Numbered from the stretch's first letter, positions 1 to 16,600 are shown. The stretch: 64,000 nucleotides of DNA from Pecten maximus (GCF_902652985.1 NC_047025.1:38874001-38938000), one strand, 5' to 3'. Translations and numbers: made by a program. The notes: generated by a model from the sequence alone, not told the origin.

Positions 1-540
1 TCTCCCCTGACATACAGATTCAATCCTTGAGTTATCTCCCCTGACATACAGATTCAATCCTTGAGTTATCTCCCCTGATATACAGATTCAATCCTTGATT
101 TATCTCCCCTGACATACAGATTCAATCCTTGAGTTATCTCCCCTGATATACAGATTCAATCCTTGAGTTATCTCCTCTGACATACAGATTCAATCCTTGA
201 GTTATCTCCCCTGATATACAGATTTAATCCTTGAGTTATCTCCCCTGATATACAGATTTAATCCTTGAGTTATCTCCCCTGACATACAGATTCAATCCTT
301 GAGTTATCTCCCCTGACATATATTCAATCATCCAGTTATCTCCCCTGACATACAGATTCAATCCTTGAGTTATCTCCCCTGATATACAGATTCAATCCTT
401 GAGTTATCTCCCCTGATATACAGACTCAATCCTTAGAGCTATCTCCCCTGATATACATATTCAATCCTTGAGTGATCTCCCCTGATATACAGATTCAATC
501 CCTGAGTTATCTACCCTGATATACAGATTCAATTCCAGAT
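1..540. repeat. 34-bp minisatellite (TCTCCCCTGAYATACAGATTCAATCCTTGAGTTA), about 16 copies, truncated by the window edge
   Basis: direct tandem periodicity. Confidence 0.95.
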
Positions 541-1583
541 TTCAACATTGCGTGGTAATTTTAACATAAAACAATCTTAACATCTTGTCAACAACCTGAA
601 ATCTAACTACGAAAAGCATACTGGGAATTTTGTGTATTATCCCCAAATACCGACACCAACACAGTTGTGAAGTAAACAGCTATAGTAAGCGTACTATTGC
701 TAGTTGAATCATGCTTCTTTACTTCTTATACACAAACAGTGTTTTAAATACGATGTTATCTATCATTATAAAACTATTAAGCTTCAAATTATCAACACAT
801 ACTGTTAATTATAAGGCACATGTTAAACAATATTTCACAACTCAAAATATTACTCATACACTTTAGATCTTAATAATGCTTGAAACAAAACTCTTTGTCA
901 AAAAAATAAAATTAAAATAAATTAAACAAAAACAATTCACAGCAAACAAATGTCAGGAATTCATTTAGAAGACAAGCAACTATCTGCATTATGGAAAACT
1001 TCTAATGCATTCCACACTAGACTACTGGGAGAAAACCAACCTAGTATGTGGCAGGGTACTGCTGTGGCAATAAAAAAATAAAGACAAAATCAGTGTATAC
1101 TAGTGTAAACCTACAAAATTTACATAATCACACGGGATACACACAACACGAAGGGCATCCTGAAACACATAGGCTATATGTAATCACCTGAAACAGTCTA
1201 TTTATCATAGTTATAGACCTGTTAATAGGCCCGTCTAGGTCTATTGCAGTTTGGTGAATGCAAATGTTGTCTAAATTTATGTGTTAGCCCAGCAGGATAA
1301 ATATGCTAGATATATAACTAACTTTAAATAAATGGTCTATTGATATATATGTTATAACCTACATATAAGAGCCTACTTCTATTGGCACAATACACTACAC
1401 TAATATACATGGGGTCCGTTAATGTATCTTGGGAGACTAGGAACATGTGTCCAGGAATTGGTGTTTTGATGAATTATACGGCAGGAATTCACATGGTTAC
1501 AAACGTAACAGGGTCTGTTACCAAGTGGCTGGACAAATCATCAAAGATGGTCGAAATCTACAGAATAAAGGAAAGAAGTGTAC

Positions 1584-1673
1584 CTCTCCGACTCGCTGTA
1601 TCCAGTAATTCTTATCCAGATCTTGTGGGTTAGAGATCCCCGCATCATCCAGTCCCTTACCATAGGACTTTCG
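1584..1673 (-). CDS. exon w46 (90 nt) RKSYGKGLDDAGISNPQDLDKNYWIQRVGE
   Basis: ttacag|CGA...GAG|gtacac; the following exon is not seen in the window. Confidence 0.75.
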
Positions 1674-4600
1674 CTGTAAAACATTTCAAAACAATATAAA
1701 TTTTGTTTACTTCAGATTACTCACACAGGAGAGGGAACGTTTGTGTTGATCACACTTGGTGGAGTTCTGTAGTAAGTACTTTATCAGATCAGCATTAACC
1801 CAATTTTAAAAATCTTTATATCTGTCCTGATGATGATCTGGGGAAGAATGAGTCTGAAGTATAGAGTCCACAACAGGCGACCTTAACCTTACATGTGAAA
1901 CATACAAGTAGATGAGCAGGCTGGGAAGATAAGAATGGTTTCTTATAGGACATGTGAACATCACTGATAAAAATCTGTAAGAACCATATTGACAAGGGAT
2001 AATGAGTCACAATAAAATATGTGACATTTGTTTTTGCAAGCAACATGATCAAGGGCAGACAACTGCTGTAAGACATAACATACAAGAAGTTATACTGACA
2101 ACTTTAGCAGGAACATGTGAGGAAATCAGACGAGGGCAGGGAACATTGTAGTCCTATAAGATAAAACACAAGTAATCCTATAGGACAAAACACATGTTAT
2201 CCTGTAGGACAAAACACATGTAATCCTATTGGAGAAAACACATGTAATCCTATAGGACAAAACACATGTTATCCTGTAGGACAAAACACATGTAATCCTA
2301 TTGGACAAAACACATGTAATTCTATATAGGACAAAACACATGTAATCCTGTAGGACAAAACACATGTAATCCTACAGAACAAAACACAAGTAATCCTACA
2401 GGACAAAACACATGTTATCCTATAGGACAAAACACATGTAATCCTGTAGGACAAAACACATGTAATCCTGTAGGACAAAACAAAAAAAACATGTAATCCT
2501 GTAGGACAAAACACATGTTATTCTGTAGGACAAAACACATGTAATCCTATAGGACAAAACACATGTAATCCTATAGGACAAAACACATGTAATCCTGTAG
2601 GACAAAACACATGTAATCCTATAGGACAAACCACATGTAATCCTATAGGACAAAACACATGTAATCCTACAGGACAAAACACATGTAATCCTACAGGACA
2701 AAACACATGTAAAAACACAATTAGAATTTTAAAACATATGAGATTAAGATCCATAAACACCTGCAATGACTGATTCAATACATACTAGGTAGCAAACACA
2801 TGCTGACATCTGGTATTTTTTAAAGGAAATATGGAAATCATAGACAGGAAAAAGAAAGTTTTACAATTTGAGCAGGAAATGAACGACATTATGACAGGTA
2901 TAAGGACTAACAGACATTTAATGGCCGGTATCCTGTATTATTGCTGTATCAGAATGGGTATAATGTGTGATCTATCTATACTAATTAATAATATGATAGT
3001 GTCATACCTACAATGTCTACTTACAGTAAGATATCTCTACAGATTTCTATACTACTCGATTAATAAGATATCTCTATAGATTTCTACACTACTCAATTAA
3101 AATTGATATATGTGTTTGGTTTGTACTGTTTAACATATCTGTATATTGACAAATTTCTAAGACAATTCTATAATGTTTTTTAAACAAGCTATGAAGACAA
3201 TACATTTAGTTCATTAGCCACAATTATTCATACAATGCATCCATTTTCTTTTTATTTCATCCTTCTTCAAAAAAGAAATGCAAACCAACATTTTTTTTCA
3301 TAGTAGTGGGCAAATAAATACTATAATTATACAACTATTTTTTAATACAAAGAATAAACAAATGAAAATATCTTGTTGTACTGATCCCAATCTTAACAAT
3401 AAGTTGTTGGACAATGATTTATATTCCTGACATAAATTGTTGAGATTTTCAGGTATGGTTAGTAATTATATAAGATGTCTCTGCTACATTTCCAAGGTTA
3501 ATACAGTTCTAGAACTAGAGTTACCTGCTCCTTATCCATATGGAAATCCTTGATGTCTACATTGTCCTGTAATGAGTGTGAGAGACTGAAGCACTAGGAC
3601 TACCACACTGTACTACCACACTGTACTAACACACCATACTAACACACCGTACTAACACACTGTACTTCCACACCGTACTAACACACTGTACTTCCACACT
3701 GTACTTCCACACCGTACTACCACACCCTACTTCCACACCGTACTACCACACTGTACTAACACATCGTACTAACACACCCTACTAACACACCGTACTTCCA
3801 CACCGTACTAACACATCGTACTACCACACTGTACTTCCACACCGTACTACCATACCGTACTACCACACCGTACTACCACACCGTACTAACACACCGTACT
3901 ACCACACCGTACTACCACACCGTACTAACACACTGTACTACCACACTGTACTAACACACTGTACTAACACACTGTACTACCACACTGTACTAACACACTG
4001 TACTACCACACTGTACTACCACACCGTACTAACACACCGTACTACCACACTGTACTAACACACCGTACTAACACACTGTACTAACACACTGTACTACCAC
4101 ACTGTACTAACACACTGTACTACCACACTGTACTAACACACTGTACTTCCACACTGTACTTCCACACCGTACTACCACACCGTACTAACACACCCTACTA
4201 ACACACCGTACTTCCACACCGTACTACCACACCGTACTAACACACCGTACTACCACACTGTAGTAACACACCGTACTAACACACTGTACTAACACACTGT
4301 ACTACCACACCCTACTAACACACCCTACTTCCACACCGTACTACCACACTGTACTAACACATCGTACTACCACACCCTACTAACACACCGTACTACCACA
4401 CTGTACTAACACACTGTACTACCACACTGTACTAACACACTGTACTACCACACTGTACTAACACACTGTACTTCCACAAAGTACTACCACAAAGTACTAC
4501 CACACTGTACTAACACACCGTACTAACACACCGTACTAACACACCGTACTAACACACTGTACTATAACACACTGTACTAACACACTGTACTATAACACAC

Positions 4601-7600
4601 TGTACTACCACACTGTACTACCACACTGTACTAACACACCGTACTAACACACCGTACTACCACACTGTACTACCACACTGTACTACCACACCGTACTACC
4701 ACACCGTACTAACACACTGTACTAACACACAGTACTAACACACTGTACTAACACACCGTACTAACACACCGTACTAACACACTGTACTATAACACACTGT
4801 ACTAACACACCGTACTAACACACCGTACTACCACACTGTACTAACACACTGTACTTCCACAAAGTACTACCACACTGTACTAACACACCGTACTAACACA
4901 CCGTACTAACACACTGTACTATAACACACTGTACTAACACACTGTACTAACACACCGTACTACCACACTGTACTAACACACTGTACTTCCACAAAGTACT
5001 ACCACAAAGTACTACCACACTGTACTAACACACCGTACTAACACACCGTACTAACACACCGTACTAACACACTGTACTATAACACACTGTACTAACACAC
5101 TGTACTATAACACACTGTACTACCACACTGTACTAACACACCGTACTAACACACCGTACTAACACACCGTACTTCCACACTGTACTACCACACCGTACTA
5201 CCACACTGTACTAACACACAGTACTAACACACTGTACTACCACACCGTACTACCACACCGTACTACCACACCGTACTAACACACAGTACTAACACACCGT
5301 ACTACCACACAGTACTACCACAAAGTACTACCACACTGTACTAACACACCGTACTAACACACCGTACTAACACACCGTACTAACACACTGTACTACCACA
5401 CCGTACTACCACACCGTACTAACACACTGTACTATAACACACTGTACTATAACACACTGTACTAACACACTGTACTAACACACCGTACTAACACACTGTA
5501 CTAACACACTGTACTTCCACAAAGTACTACCACAAAGTACTACCACACTGTACTAACACACAGTACTACCACACTGTACTAACACACAGTACTATCACAC
5601 TGTATTAACACACTATACTAACACACAGTACTAACACAATGTACTACCACACCGTACTAACACACTGTACTAACACACCGTACTAACACACCGTACTAAC
5701 ACACCGTACTAACACACTGTACTATAACACACTGTACTAACACACTGTACTAACACACCGTACTAACACACTGTACTAACACACCGTACTAACACACAGT
5801 ACTAACACACTGTACTAACACACCGTACTAACACACCGTACTACCACACTGTACTAACACACTGTACTACCACACCGTACTACCACACAGTACTACCACA
5901 CTGTACTAACACACAGTACTAACACACTGTACTACCACACTGTACTACCACACTGTACTAACACACCATACTAACACACCGTACTAACACACTGTACTTC
6001 CACACCGTACTAACACACTGTACTTCCACACTGTACTTCCACACCGTACTACCACACCCTACTTCCACACCGTACTACCACACTGTACTAACACATCGTA
6101 CTAACACACCCTACTAACACACCGTACTTCCACACCGTACTAACACATCGTACTACCACACTGTACTTCCACACCGTACTACCATACCGTACTACCACAC
6201 CGTACTACCACACCGTACTAACACACCGTACTAACACACCGTACTACCACACCGTACTACCACACCGTACTAACACACTGTACTACCACACTGTACTAAC
6301 ACACTGTACTACCACACTGTACTAACACACTGTACTACCACACTGTACTACCACACCGTACTAACACACCGTACTACCACACTGTACTAACACACCGTAC
6401 TAACACACTGTACTAACACACTGTACTACCACACTGTACTAACACACTGTACTACCACACTGTACTAACACACTGTACTTCCACACTGTACTTCCACACC
6501 GTACTACCACACCGTACTAACACACCCTACTAACACACCGTACTTCCACACCGTACTACCACACCGTACTAACACACCGTACTACCACACTGTACTAACA
6601 CACCGTACTAACACACTGTACTAACACACTGTACTACCACACCCTACTAACACACCCTACTTCCACACCGTACTACCACACTGTACTAACACATCGTACT
6701 ACCACACCCTACTAACACACCGTACTACCACACTGTACTAACACACTGTACTACCACACTGTACTAACACACTGTACTACCACACTGTACTAACACACTG
6801 TACTTCCACAAAGTACTACCACAAAGTACTACCACACTGTACTAACACACCGTACTAACACACCGTACTAACACACCGTACTAACACACTGTACTATAAC
6901 ACACTGTACTAACACACTGTACTATAACACACTGTACTACCACACTGTACTACCACACTGTACTAACACACCGTACTAACACACCGTACTACCACACTGT
7001 ACTACCACACTGTACTACCACACCGTACTACCACACCGTACTAACACACTGTACTAACACACAGTACTAACACACTGTACTAACACACCGTACTAACACA
7101 CCGTACTAACACACTGTACTATAACACACTGTACTAACACACCGTACTAACACACCGTACTACCACACTGTACTAACACACTGTACTTCCACAAAGTACT
7201 ACCACACTGTACTAACACACCGTACTAACACACCGTACTAACACACTGTACTATAACACACTGTACTAACACACTGTACTAACACACCGTACTACCACAC
7301 TGTACTAACACACTGTACTTCCACAAAGTACTACCACAAAGTACTACCACACTGTACTAACACACCGTACTAACACACCGTACTAACACACCGTACTAAC
7401 ACACTGTACTATAACACACTGTACTAACACACTGTACTATAACACACTGTACTACCACACTGTACTAACACACCGTACTAACACACCGTACTAACACACC
7501 GTACTTCCACACTGTACTACCACACCGTACTACCACACTGTACTAACACACAGTACTAACACACTGTACTACCACACCGTACTACCACACCGTACTACCA

Positions 7601-10600
7601 CACCGTACTAACACACAGTACTAACACACCGTACTACCACACAGTACTACCACAAAGTACTACCACACTGTACTAACACACCGTACTAACACACCGTACT
7701 AACACACCGTACTAACACACTGTACTACCACACCGTACTACCACACCGTACTAACACACTGTACTATAACACACTGTACTATAACACACTGTACTAACAC
7801 ACTGTACTAACACACCGTACTAACACACTGTACTAACACACTGTACTTCCACAAAGTACTACCACAAAGTACTACCACACTGTACTAACACACAGTACTA
7901 CCACACTGTACTAACACACAGTACTATCACACTGTATTAACACACTATACTAACACACAGTACTAACACAATGTACTACCACACCGTACTAACACACTGT
8001 ACTAACACACCGTACTAACACACACACCGTACTAACACACCGTACTAACACACTGTACTATAACACACTGTACTAACACACTGTACTAACACACCGTACT
8101 AACACACTGTACTAACACACCGTACTAACACACAGTACTAACACACTGTACTAACACACTGTACTAACACACCGTACTAACACACCGTACTAACACACTG
8201 TACTACCACACCGTACTACCACACAGTACTACCACACTGTACTAACACACAGTACTAACACACTGTACTACCACACTGTACTACCACACTGTACTAACAC
8301 ACCATACTAACACACCGTACTAACACACCGTACTACCACACAGTACTACCACACCGTACTACCACACAGTACTACCACACAGTACTAACACACTGTACTA
8401 CCACACTGTACTAACACACTGTACTAACACAGAATATTAACACTGTACTACCACACTGTACTAACACACCATACTAACACACCGTACTACCACACTGAAC
8501 TACCACACAGTACTACCACACTGTACTACCACACTGTACCAACACACCCTACCACCACACCGTACTACCACACAGTACTACCACACTGTACTAACACAGA
8601 ATACTAACACTGTACTAACACACTGTACTAACACACCATACTAACACACCGTACTAGCACTGTACTAGCACACTGTACTACCACACTGTACTACCACACT
8701 GTACTAACACACTGTACTAACACAGAATATTAACACTGTACTACCACACTGTACTAACACACAGTACTAACACACCATACTAACACACCGTACTACCACA
8801 CTGAACTACCACACAGTACTACCACACTGTACTACCACACTGTACCAACACACCGTACCACCACACCGTACTACCACACAGTACTACCACACTGTACTAA
8901 CACAGAATACTAACACACCGTACTTCCACACCGTACTAGCACACTGTACTAGCACACTGTACTAACACACCGTACTACCACACTGTACTAACACACAGTA
9001 CTAACACACTGTACTACCACACTGTACTAACACACCGTACTAGCACACCGTACCAACACACCGTACTAACACACTGTACTAACACACTGTACTAACACAC
9101 CGTACCAACACACCGTACCACCACACCGTACTACCACACAGTACTACCACAAAGTACTACCACACCGTACTACCACACTGTACTAACACACTGTACTAAC
9201 ACACCGTACCAACACACTGTACTAACACACCGTACCACCACACCGTACTACCACACAGTACTACCACAAAGTACTACCACACAGTACTACCACAAAGTAC
9301 TACCACACTGTACTACCACACTGTACTAACACACTGTACTAACACACCGTACCAACACACTGTACTACCACACTGTACTAACACACTGTACTAACACACC
9401 GTACCACCACACCGTACCAACACACTGTACTATAACACACAGTACCAACACACTGTACTATAACACACTGTACTAACACACAGTACAGTACTAACACACA
9501 GTACAGTACTAACACACCGTACTACCACACTATACTAACACACTGTGAGACTGTGCTCTAAATGAACTACACTTATCTTGTTACTACTGATTATCACAGG
9601 AAACAATCACAATAATAAGGAAATACTTTTTGGAATCTATTGAAATTTTTCAGTTATTTAAAAAAATGTTATCCAGAATTTCCAAAAGTTGATCTTTTTC
9701 TGCTTGAAATATACAAATTCAACTGATAAAAATTACACACCATGAACAATGATCTTGACTTACAAATGATTACTGTACCATGGACAGATGAAAAACTAGG
9801 AAGCCATGATGAACTACCTTATCACACCACAATCCAATACAGCACACACAACCTGTCATGTTTACTTACTGGTTTCTCCATCTCTCTATATGGGGAACTT
9901 TGCTCAATAAGAAGGTGTTTACGAGCATCGAGTTGTGACTTGAGACTGCCAATCGTCTGTTCCTTACTCTCTACCTGTAACTCCAGAGTCTGTCGAGCTG
10001 AAATCTCTCTCTCAAAGTCATTTCTAAGGCGATGGTTTTCCTTCTGTAGAGTACCCAACTGAAAACATACAACAAATAGAAACTTAGATATATATATACT
10101 GTAAGTAACACTTATTTCAAGGGCATTTTTTCCCCATAAAGCTTCAACTTTGAGACACATGTACCCAGTATGATGACCTTGACCTTACCTGCTGGTTAAG
10201 AAGCTGAATGTTGTCAATGTTGACTTTGAGGCGGGTGTGAAGGTCTTCGATTGTGGCAATCTTACCCTGAACTTCCTGGTCCTGGTCAGATCTGTGGAAC
10301 AACAGAGACAAATGATCTAACAACACAAGGGTATCCATCAGTAGGATATGATATCACTTTTCAATGTATCAATAAAATGATGATTAAACACAAATATTGT
10401 TAGATATCACACGTATCTGGCTTCACATACTTGGTAACAGAAAGTTCTCAAAAAAAAAACCACTTTCAAAATTCAGCAGTAATGGGTGTAACGCTACAGA
10501 TACACATACTCGTGTGTAACGGTACAGATACACATACTCGTGTGTAACGGTACAGATACACATACTCGTGTGTAACGGTACAGATACACATACTCGTGTG

Positions 10601-13600
10601 TAACGGTACAGATACACATACTCGTGTGTAACGGTACAGATACACATACTCGTGTGTAACGGTACAGATACACATACTCGTGTGTAACGCTACAGATACA
10701 CATACTCGTGTGTAACGCTACAGATACACATACTCGTGTGTAACGCTACAGATACACATACTCGTGTGTAACGCTACAGATACACATACTCGTGTGTAAC
10801 GCTACAGATACACATACTCGTGTGTAACGCTACAGATACACATACTCGTGTGTAACGCTACAGATACACATACTCGTGTGTAACGCTACAGATACACATA
10901 CTCGTGTGATACGGTACAGATACACATACTCGTGTGTAACGCTACAGATACACATACTCGTGTGTAACGGTACAGATATACATACTCGTGTGTAACGCTA
11001 CAGATACACATACTCGTGTGTAACGCTACAGATACACATACTCGTGTGTAACGCTACAGATACACATGCTCGTGTGTAACGCTACAGATACACATACTCG
11101 TGTGTAACGCTACAGCATACTCGTGTGTAACGCTACAGCATGCTCGTGTGTAACGCTACAGATACACATGCTCGTGTGTAACGCTACAGATACACATACT
11201 TGTGTGTAACGCTACAGATACACATACTCTTGTGTAACGCTACATACAGATACACATACTTGTGTGTAACGCTACAGATACACATACTTGTGTGTAACGC
11301 TACAGATACACATACTTGTGTGTAACGCTACAGATACACATACTTGTGTGTAACGCTACAGATAAACATACTCGTGTGATACGGTACAGATACACATACT
11401 CGTGTGATACGGTACAGATACACATATTTGTGTGTTACTGTACAGATACACATACTTGTGTGTAAGCTACAGATATACATACTCGTGTTGTTCCAGTCTG
11501 TTCCTCAGCTGGTTGAGTAGCACCTGTTGGTGGGATGAATGGTTCTGCAACGCCTGTGTGATATACAAGATCAGTACACCATTGGTCAAACCATTTTAGA
11601 TTTTCTACATATATCTTCTACATTACATACTTTAATCATTCTGTTATACTGAACCAAGTTCCCAGAATTTAATTTGAAAGCAAGGTAAACTAAAGACAAT
11701 CAGTAAATAAAATGAAAAATGTGTGACTTCAGATTTTCCTTACATCAGTCTTTTATAAGTTTTCTATTTTCTTTCTTTCTTTCTTTCTTTTTGCTTATAT
11801 AATAATCTGAACATTTTTGTTAAGAATTATGTGAAAACAGGCTGACCTTGAACCTGTCTGAATCATCTCTCCTTTCATCTAGCTCTATCTTCATCTTATT
11901 CATCTGCTTCTGTAGCTTAGCCACCTGTTCCAGTAATTGTCTGTAACAAGAGAAAATATTCTTACATTTTACTCAAGGCGTGTTGTTATGTATTTGCACA
12001 GTCAATGAAAGCAGTTGAATCTGTCTTCATGAATATAATAACATTGACTTTAACTTTCAATCAGAACAGTTGATACTTACTCTTTCTCTGCAGTCAGAGT
12101 CATAATAGCTTTACTTTGCTCTCTGAAAAAAAATAACAAGAAATTGAAGATAGAAAACTACAACAGGAATAAACAAAGATTATAATACCACTGCCTGTTT
12201 TTGGATATATAGGTTATATTCAGTCAATTTTTCATTTCCACTGCTTCATGCTACTTCTATTTAAATATGAGAGGTGGATGACAGGAATACATGTAAGAAG
12301 CAATAAGCCAGCCTTACTTAACAGCCCAGAATAATTCAAAGGCAATTTTTAAATGCAAATACAAATTTATGACAGTTGACGTAGAGATGGAATCAAGAAA
12401 TTACTTTATCAGGAATTAAATATTGTAAATAATATTGTGCATGATTTCATTCAGATTACTGGATTTTATGTATAATAAAAAGAACATCTTATCAGGAGTG
12501 ATAGATAACTTTAACAGGTTATTAGCATGCCACTCAACAGAGGACTAGTCATATTTACTTTCTATAATATGGAATGTCATTTTTGCTTTTCTTTTGAAGC
12601 CAATAAGAAATCTAATTTTGTTCATTTTTGTAAAGAAACCAAACTTCTGAAGAGGTTTGTTGAAGAGATTTTAAGGAGACACTTAAGAATATAAAGGATT
12701 CTTTAGAATCAAAGATGGCAGAGGTAAGCATTGGGGTTTAATTTTCTGGGATTGAGGTCAGACAGGGGTCAGAATTAGGGGTTATACATATACATGTATT
12801 ATTCAGGATCAAAGTCAGACAGGGGCCATCATTTGCGTAATATTTTCTGGGATCAAGGTAACAAAGGGGTCAGTAATAGGGGTTATATCATCTGGGATCA
12901 AGGTCAGACAGGGGTCAGCATTAGGGGTTATATTATCAGGGATCAAGGTCAAACGGGTCAGCATAAGCGGTTATATTCTCTGAGATCAAGGTGAGATAGG
13001 AGTTAACATTAGGGGTTATATTCTCTGGGACCAAGGTGAGATAGGGGTCAGCTTTAGGAGTAATACTGTCTGGGATCAAGGTGAGATAGGGGTCAGCTTT
13101 AGGAGTAATACTGTCTGGGATCAAGGTGAGATAGGGGTCAGCTTTAGGAGTAATACTGTCTGGGATCAAGGTGAGATAGGGGTCAGCTTTAGGAGTAATA
13201 TTGTCTAGGATCAAGGTGAGATAGGGGTCAGCTTTAGGAGTAATACTGTCTGGGATCAAGGTGAGATAGGGGTCAGCTTTAGGAGTAATACTGTCTGGGA
13301 TCAAGGTGAGATAGGGGTCAGCATTAGGGGTTATATTCTCTGGGATAAAGGTGAGATAGGGGTCAGCATTAGGGGTTATATTCTCTGGGATCAATCAGCA
13401 TCAGGAGGTAACAGCACACATCATACCTAATTTTGTTTCCCAGTTTTTCATTCGCAAGCCTGTAAGATAACAAAGTAATAACAATAACAGCATGCAGCAC
13501 CAATAAACAAATATCTGTAAACAAGTCCAAAAATCCAGTACCACCAAACAAATATCAGTAAACAAAGGAAATCAATCATGCCATCAACAGTATATTATAA

Positions 13601-16600
13601 TATGTCTCATGCCCTAACACTATTTATTATAGGACTGATTTTTCCCCTTTCCTGGTTGGCCAATTCTATACATTCTCAATTTGCTCAAATATTATATCAA
13701 CTCCGAATCTGCACTACAGGGTGATGTAAAAATTCAACAACTCGAGTCGTTACAAGGAACTTTCCCACAATCTGTGATGTAAAAAATGTAAGTTTACATA
13801 TACATGTACCCCCGGTATGTATGTGCTTCCGGACAGACTTTAGTAGACTGAATTCGTAAATGTTGTTATATTTACATTTTGTTGAATTTTAAGCAATAAT
13901 AAATAACGAAGTTTAAATTCATTGCTGATTTTTGCCATTTTCAACTTTTCTCCAGTCGATCACAATTATCTACCCAATCCTATAATAGATAATGAGAATC
14001 ATTTTGTAATGTGAAAATGTTGCAGTTTTGTCATATGATACAGCAGTTATCAACCTGTTTTAAAGTGAACATAATGATTTATCAACCCTTGAAAATGATA
14101 TTTCCCGACGCCATTTCCTGAGGCCAAAGGCTTCTCAAGTTGATAAATCATCGGTTTCACCTGAAAACAGGTCAATAATTGCATAATAGCTATCTGGTCC
14201 ATTCCTTATCATTTGTAAAACAGTTTCAAAGTATACTTCAGATCTAATGATAATGTTACGAGTGATCTCTAGTCTGTACAATTTTATCTCTGAAGCAATA
14301 TCTGACGTTTATCTGTGATATTTGGATTGACAACTCGACCTGTCCATTTATCCCAGTACCATGTTGTGATAACTGTTTCGATTTTATTGTGGTTCAGATT
14401 TCTAACATGACTTCAAAGTTTAAATATAATACATACAAACAATTCATCATTTAAGTTTTCTGGAATAACCACATGCAATTGTTCCAAAACAAATAATAAA
14501 TGTGAGTAAAGTCCTGACATTCCTCATAATTATATAAAAAGCATTATCAGTTTCCTTCTCAAACATACGGATGCAAAACTTGGAACTTAAGACATTCTCA
14601 GCATAGCTCCTGCAGACCAAATCTTCTCAAAAATGCAAAAAAATAAACCATAAGTATATTGATAATTTCTGATTAAAACCTGTGACAGTTTCTATAGATC
14701 CTAAGTGACAGATGACTGTATGATCTGTATCAGCCTGGGAACTAAAGCATGCTATGTGGCGAACAACATTCAGTACCTCTCTACCCAATATCTCCATCGC
14801 CTATCAATCCCTGGAGAAAACCAAATGTACTTTAAAAGCACCTTGTTTAATTTCTAATTCTTCATTTAATTTAATTTAACATGAACCAACCAAATAAATG
14901 TAAAGAAACTTGAAACAATGAAATCAACAAATGAGAGAAAACAACAGTGTAACATGGTTTGTTTAAGATTATGCTTGAAATCACAATATATTCATCTTAT
15001 AATGATGTAAAATATGAAATAAACAAATCATTTACATTTTTTACCTTGGAGTGGTAAAGTTGGCCAAAACAGGCATATGATTAATTACAGGAAAAATTTC
15101 CAGTTAAATTTAACATTTGAAATTATCAAAATGAACCTCCTGGTGACCTTTAAACATAAATTCTCATTTGATGGACAATGACTTACTTTTGTTCCTGAAC
15201 CCATGTGTTTACGTTCTGTACGACGAGTTCACTCTCTCGGTGAAGACGATCCCCGTTGGAACGTGACTCCTCCAGTGCCACTCTAAGCCCTTGTATCTCC
15301 TCATTAGCACTATGGTAATTGTGTCGCAGTAATTCTACCTCATTTCGGAGCTTGTCAGACTATGAAAGATAATTTACAAATGTAAACATGTTGTAAGGAA
15401 TGTAAGGAAATTGCACATTCATTAACATTTACAAGATGCAAATATTTCTGCTCTCTCTTAATTTCCTTTCAAAACATGGAACAAACTGACAAATTTCTTA
15501 CAACCATTGTTTGAATTTTTGAAGGCTCACTAAAACATCAAGGTCATTTTAGGCTAAACAAAACAAATTAAACATTGTCCAGAAGAATATGGCATACGTT
15601 GCTTCACCATGAAAACAACCCTAAGGACCCTTACTTCATCAATCTTGGCCTTGTATTTCTCCTGGATGGCGCTGAGCTCAACCTTGAGTACGACTGACTC
15701 CTCCTCCAGAGCACCGAGGTCCTGAAGAGACTGTCGGTTTTTGTCTTGCGTGTTCATCAACTCTTGCTGCAAGTCCTGGTACCGCAACTCAAAGTTCTCC
15801 AACTGAGAAAAAAATAAATTTGTATTTTATGAACAAATATCATCATCTCAGAAATTAAACTTCTAACAACACAATATAAAATGTCGCTATCTCAGAAATT
15901 AACCTTCAAATAGCACAATATAAAATGTTTCTTTGTTCAGTAAATAACTCATTGCCCTCTTGTTTGATATGTAATAGCCCTACATGGGTCAAACCTTCCT
16001 ACCTCCTCCTCTGAAGCTCGGTTTAGCTCCTGCATTTTCCTGAGTTCCTGTGTAAGCTCCCTCATCTTCTCCTCATAAAGGGCTATCTCGTCCGACATCC
16101 CCTGGTTCTGTTGTTGTAACTTTGCCAAGTCTGTCTTTAGAGCTGCCACCTGGCGCGACTTTTCTCCTAATTGGTCCATGGACTCCTTGTGGTGACCTTG
16201 AACTGTGGTTAGCTGCACCTTTAGGTCATGAACTTTCTGTTCATTCTCCATCAGCTGTCAAATAAAACAGTACATAATACAAACTTTAATTAACAACTAC
16301 AGAATGTCAATTTTCGACAAGATCAGGATAGTAAAATATGATGATGTTATGTGTGTTAAGAATAGTGAAACCGATACATACAGAGGCATGTGTCTTTCTG
16401 TACTGGTCCTGGATGCGGTCTAAATCATTCTGTAGCTGTCCAAGTGTCTCCTCATACCTCGAAACCTGTAACAAGTCATTTATAGTTAATATGTATCCAC
16501 AACCATACAAATTGAAGTTTCAGAACAATCATCACATGTTTCACAATGTCAATAATATTCTTGGAAACCTTCCAAAGGACATTGTTTATTTTCTAATTTG

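Noticed and set aside
1518-1583. Read-through of w46 to a nearby stop as the terminal exon
   Set aside because: Possible, but GAG|gtacac is a usable donor and the read-through peptide is not coiled-coil-like; the last exon probably lies beyond the window start. Unresolved without transcripts.
3598-9545. Hundreds of TACTAAC branch-point or QKI-type motifs
   Set aside because: They lie on the plus strand, antisense to the pre-mRNA, and I see no evidence of a plus-strand transcript.
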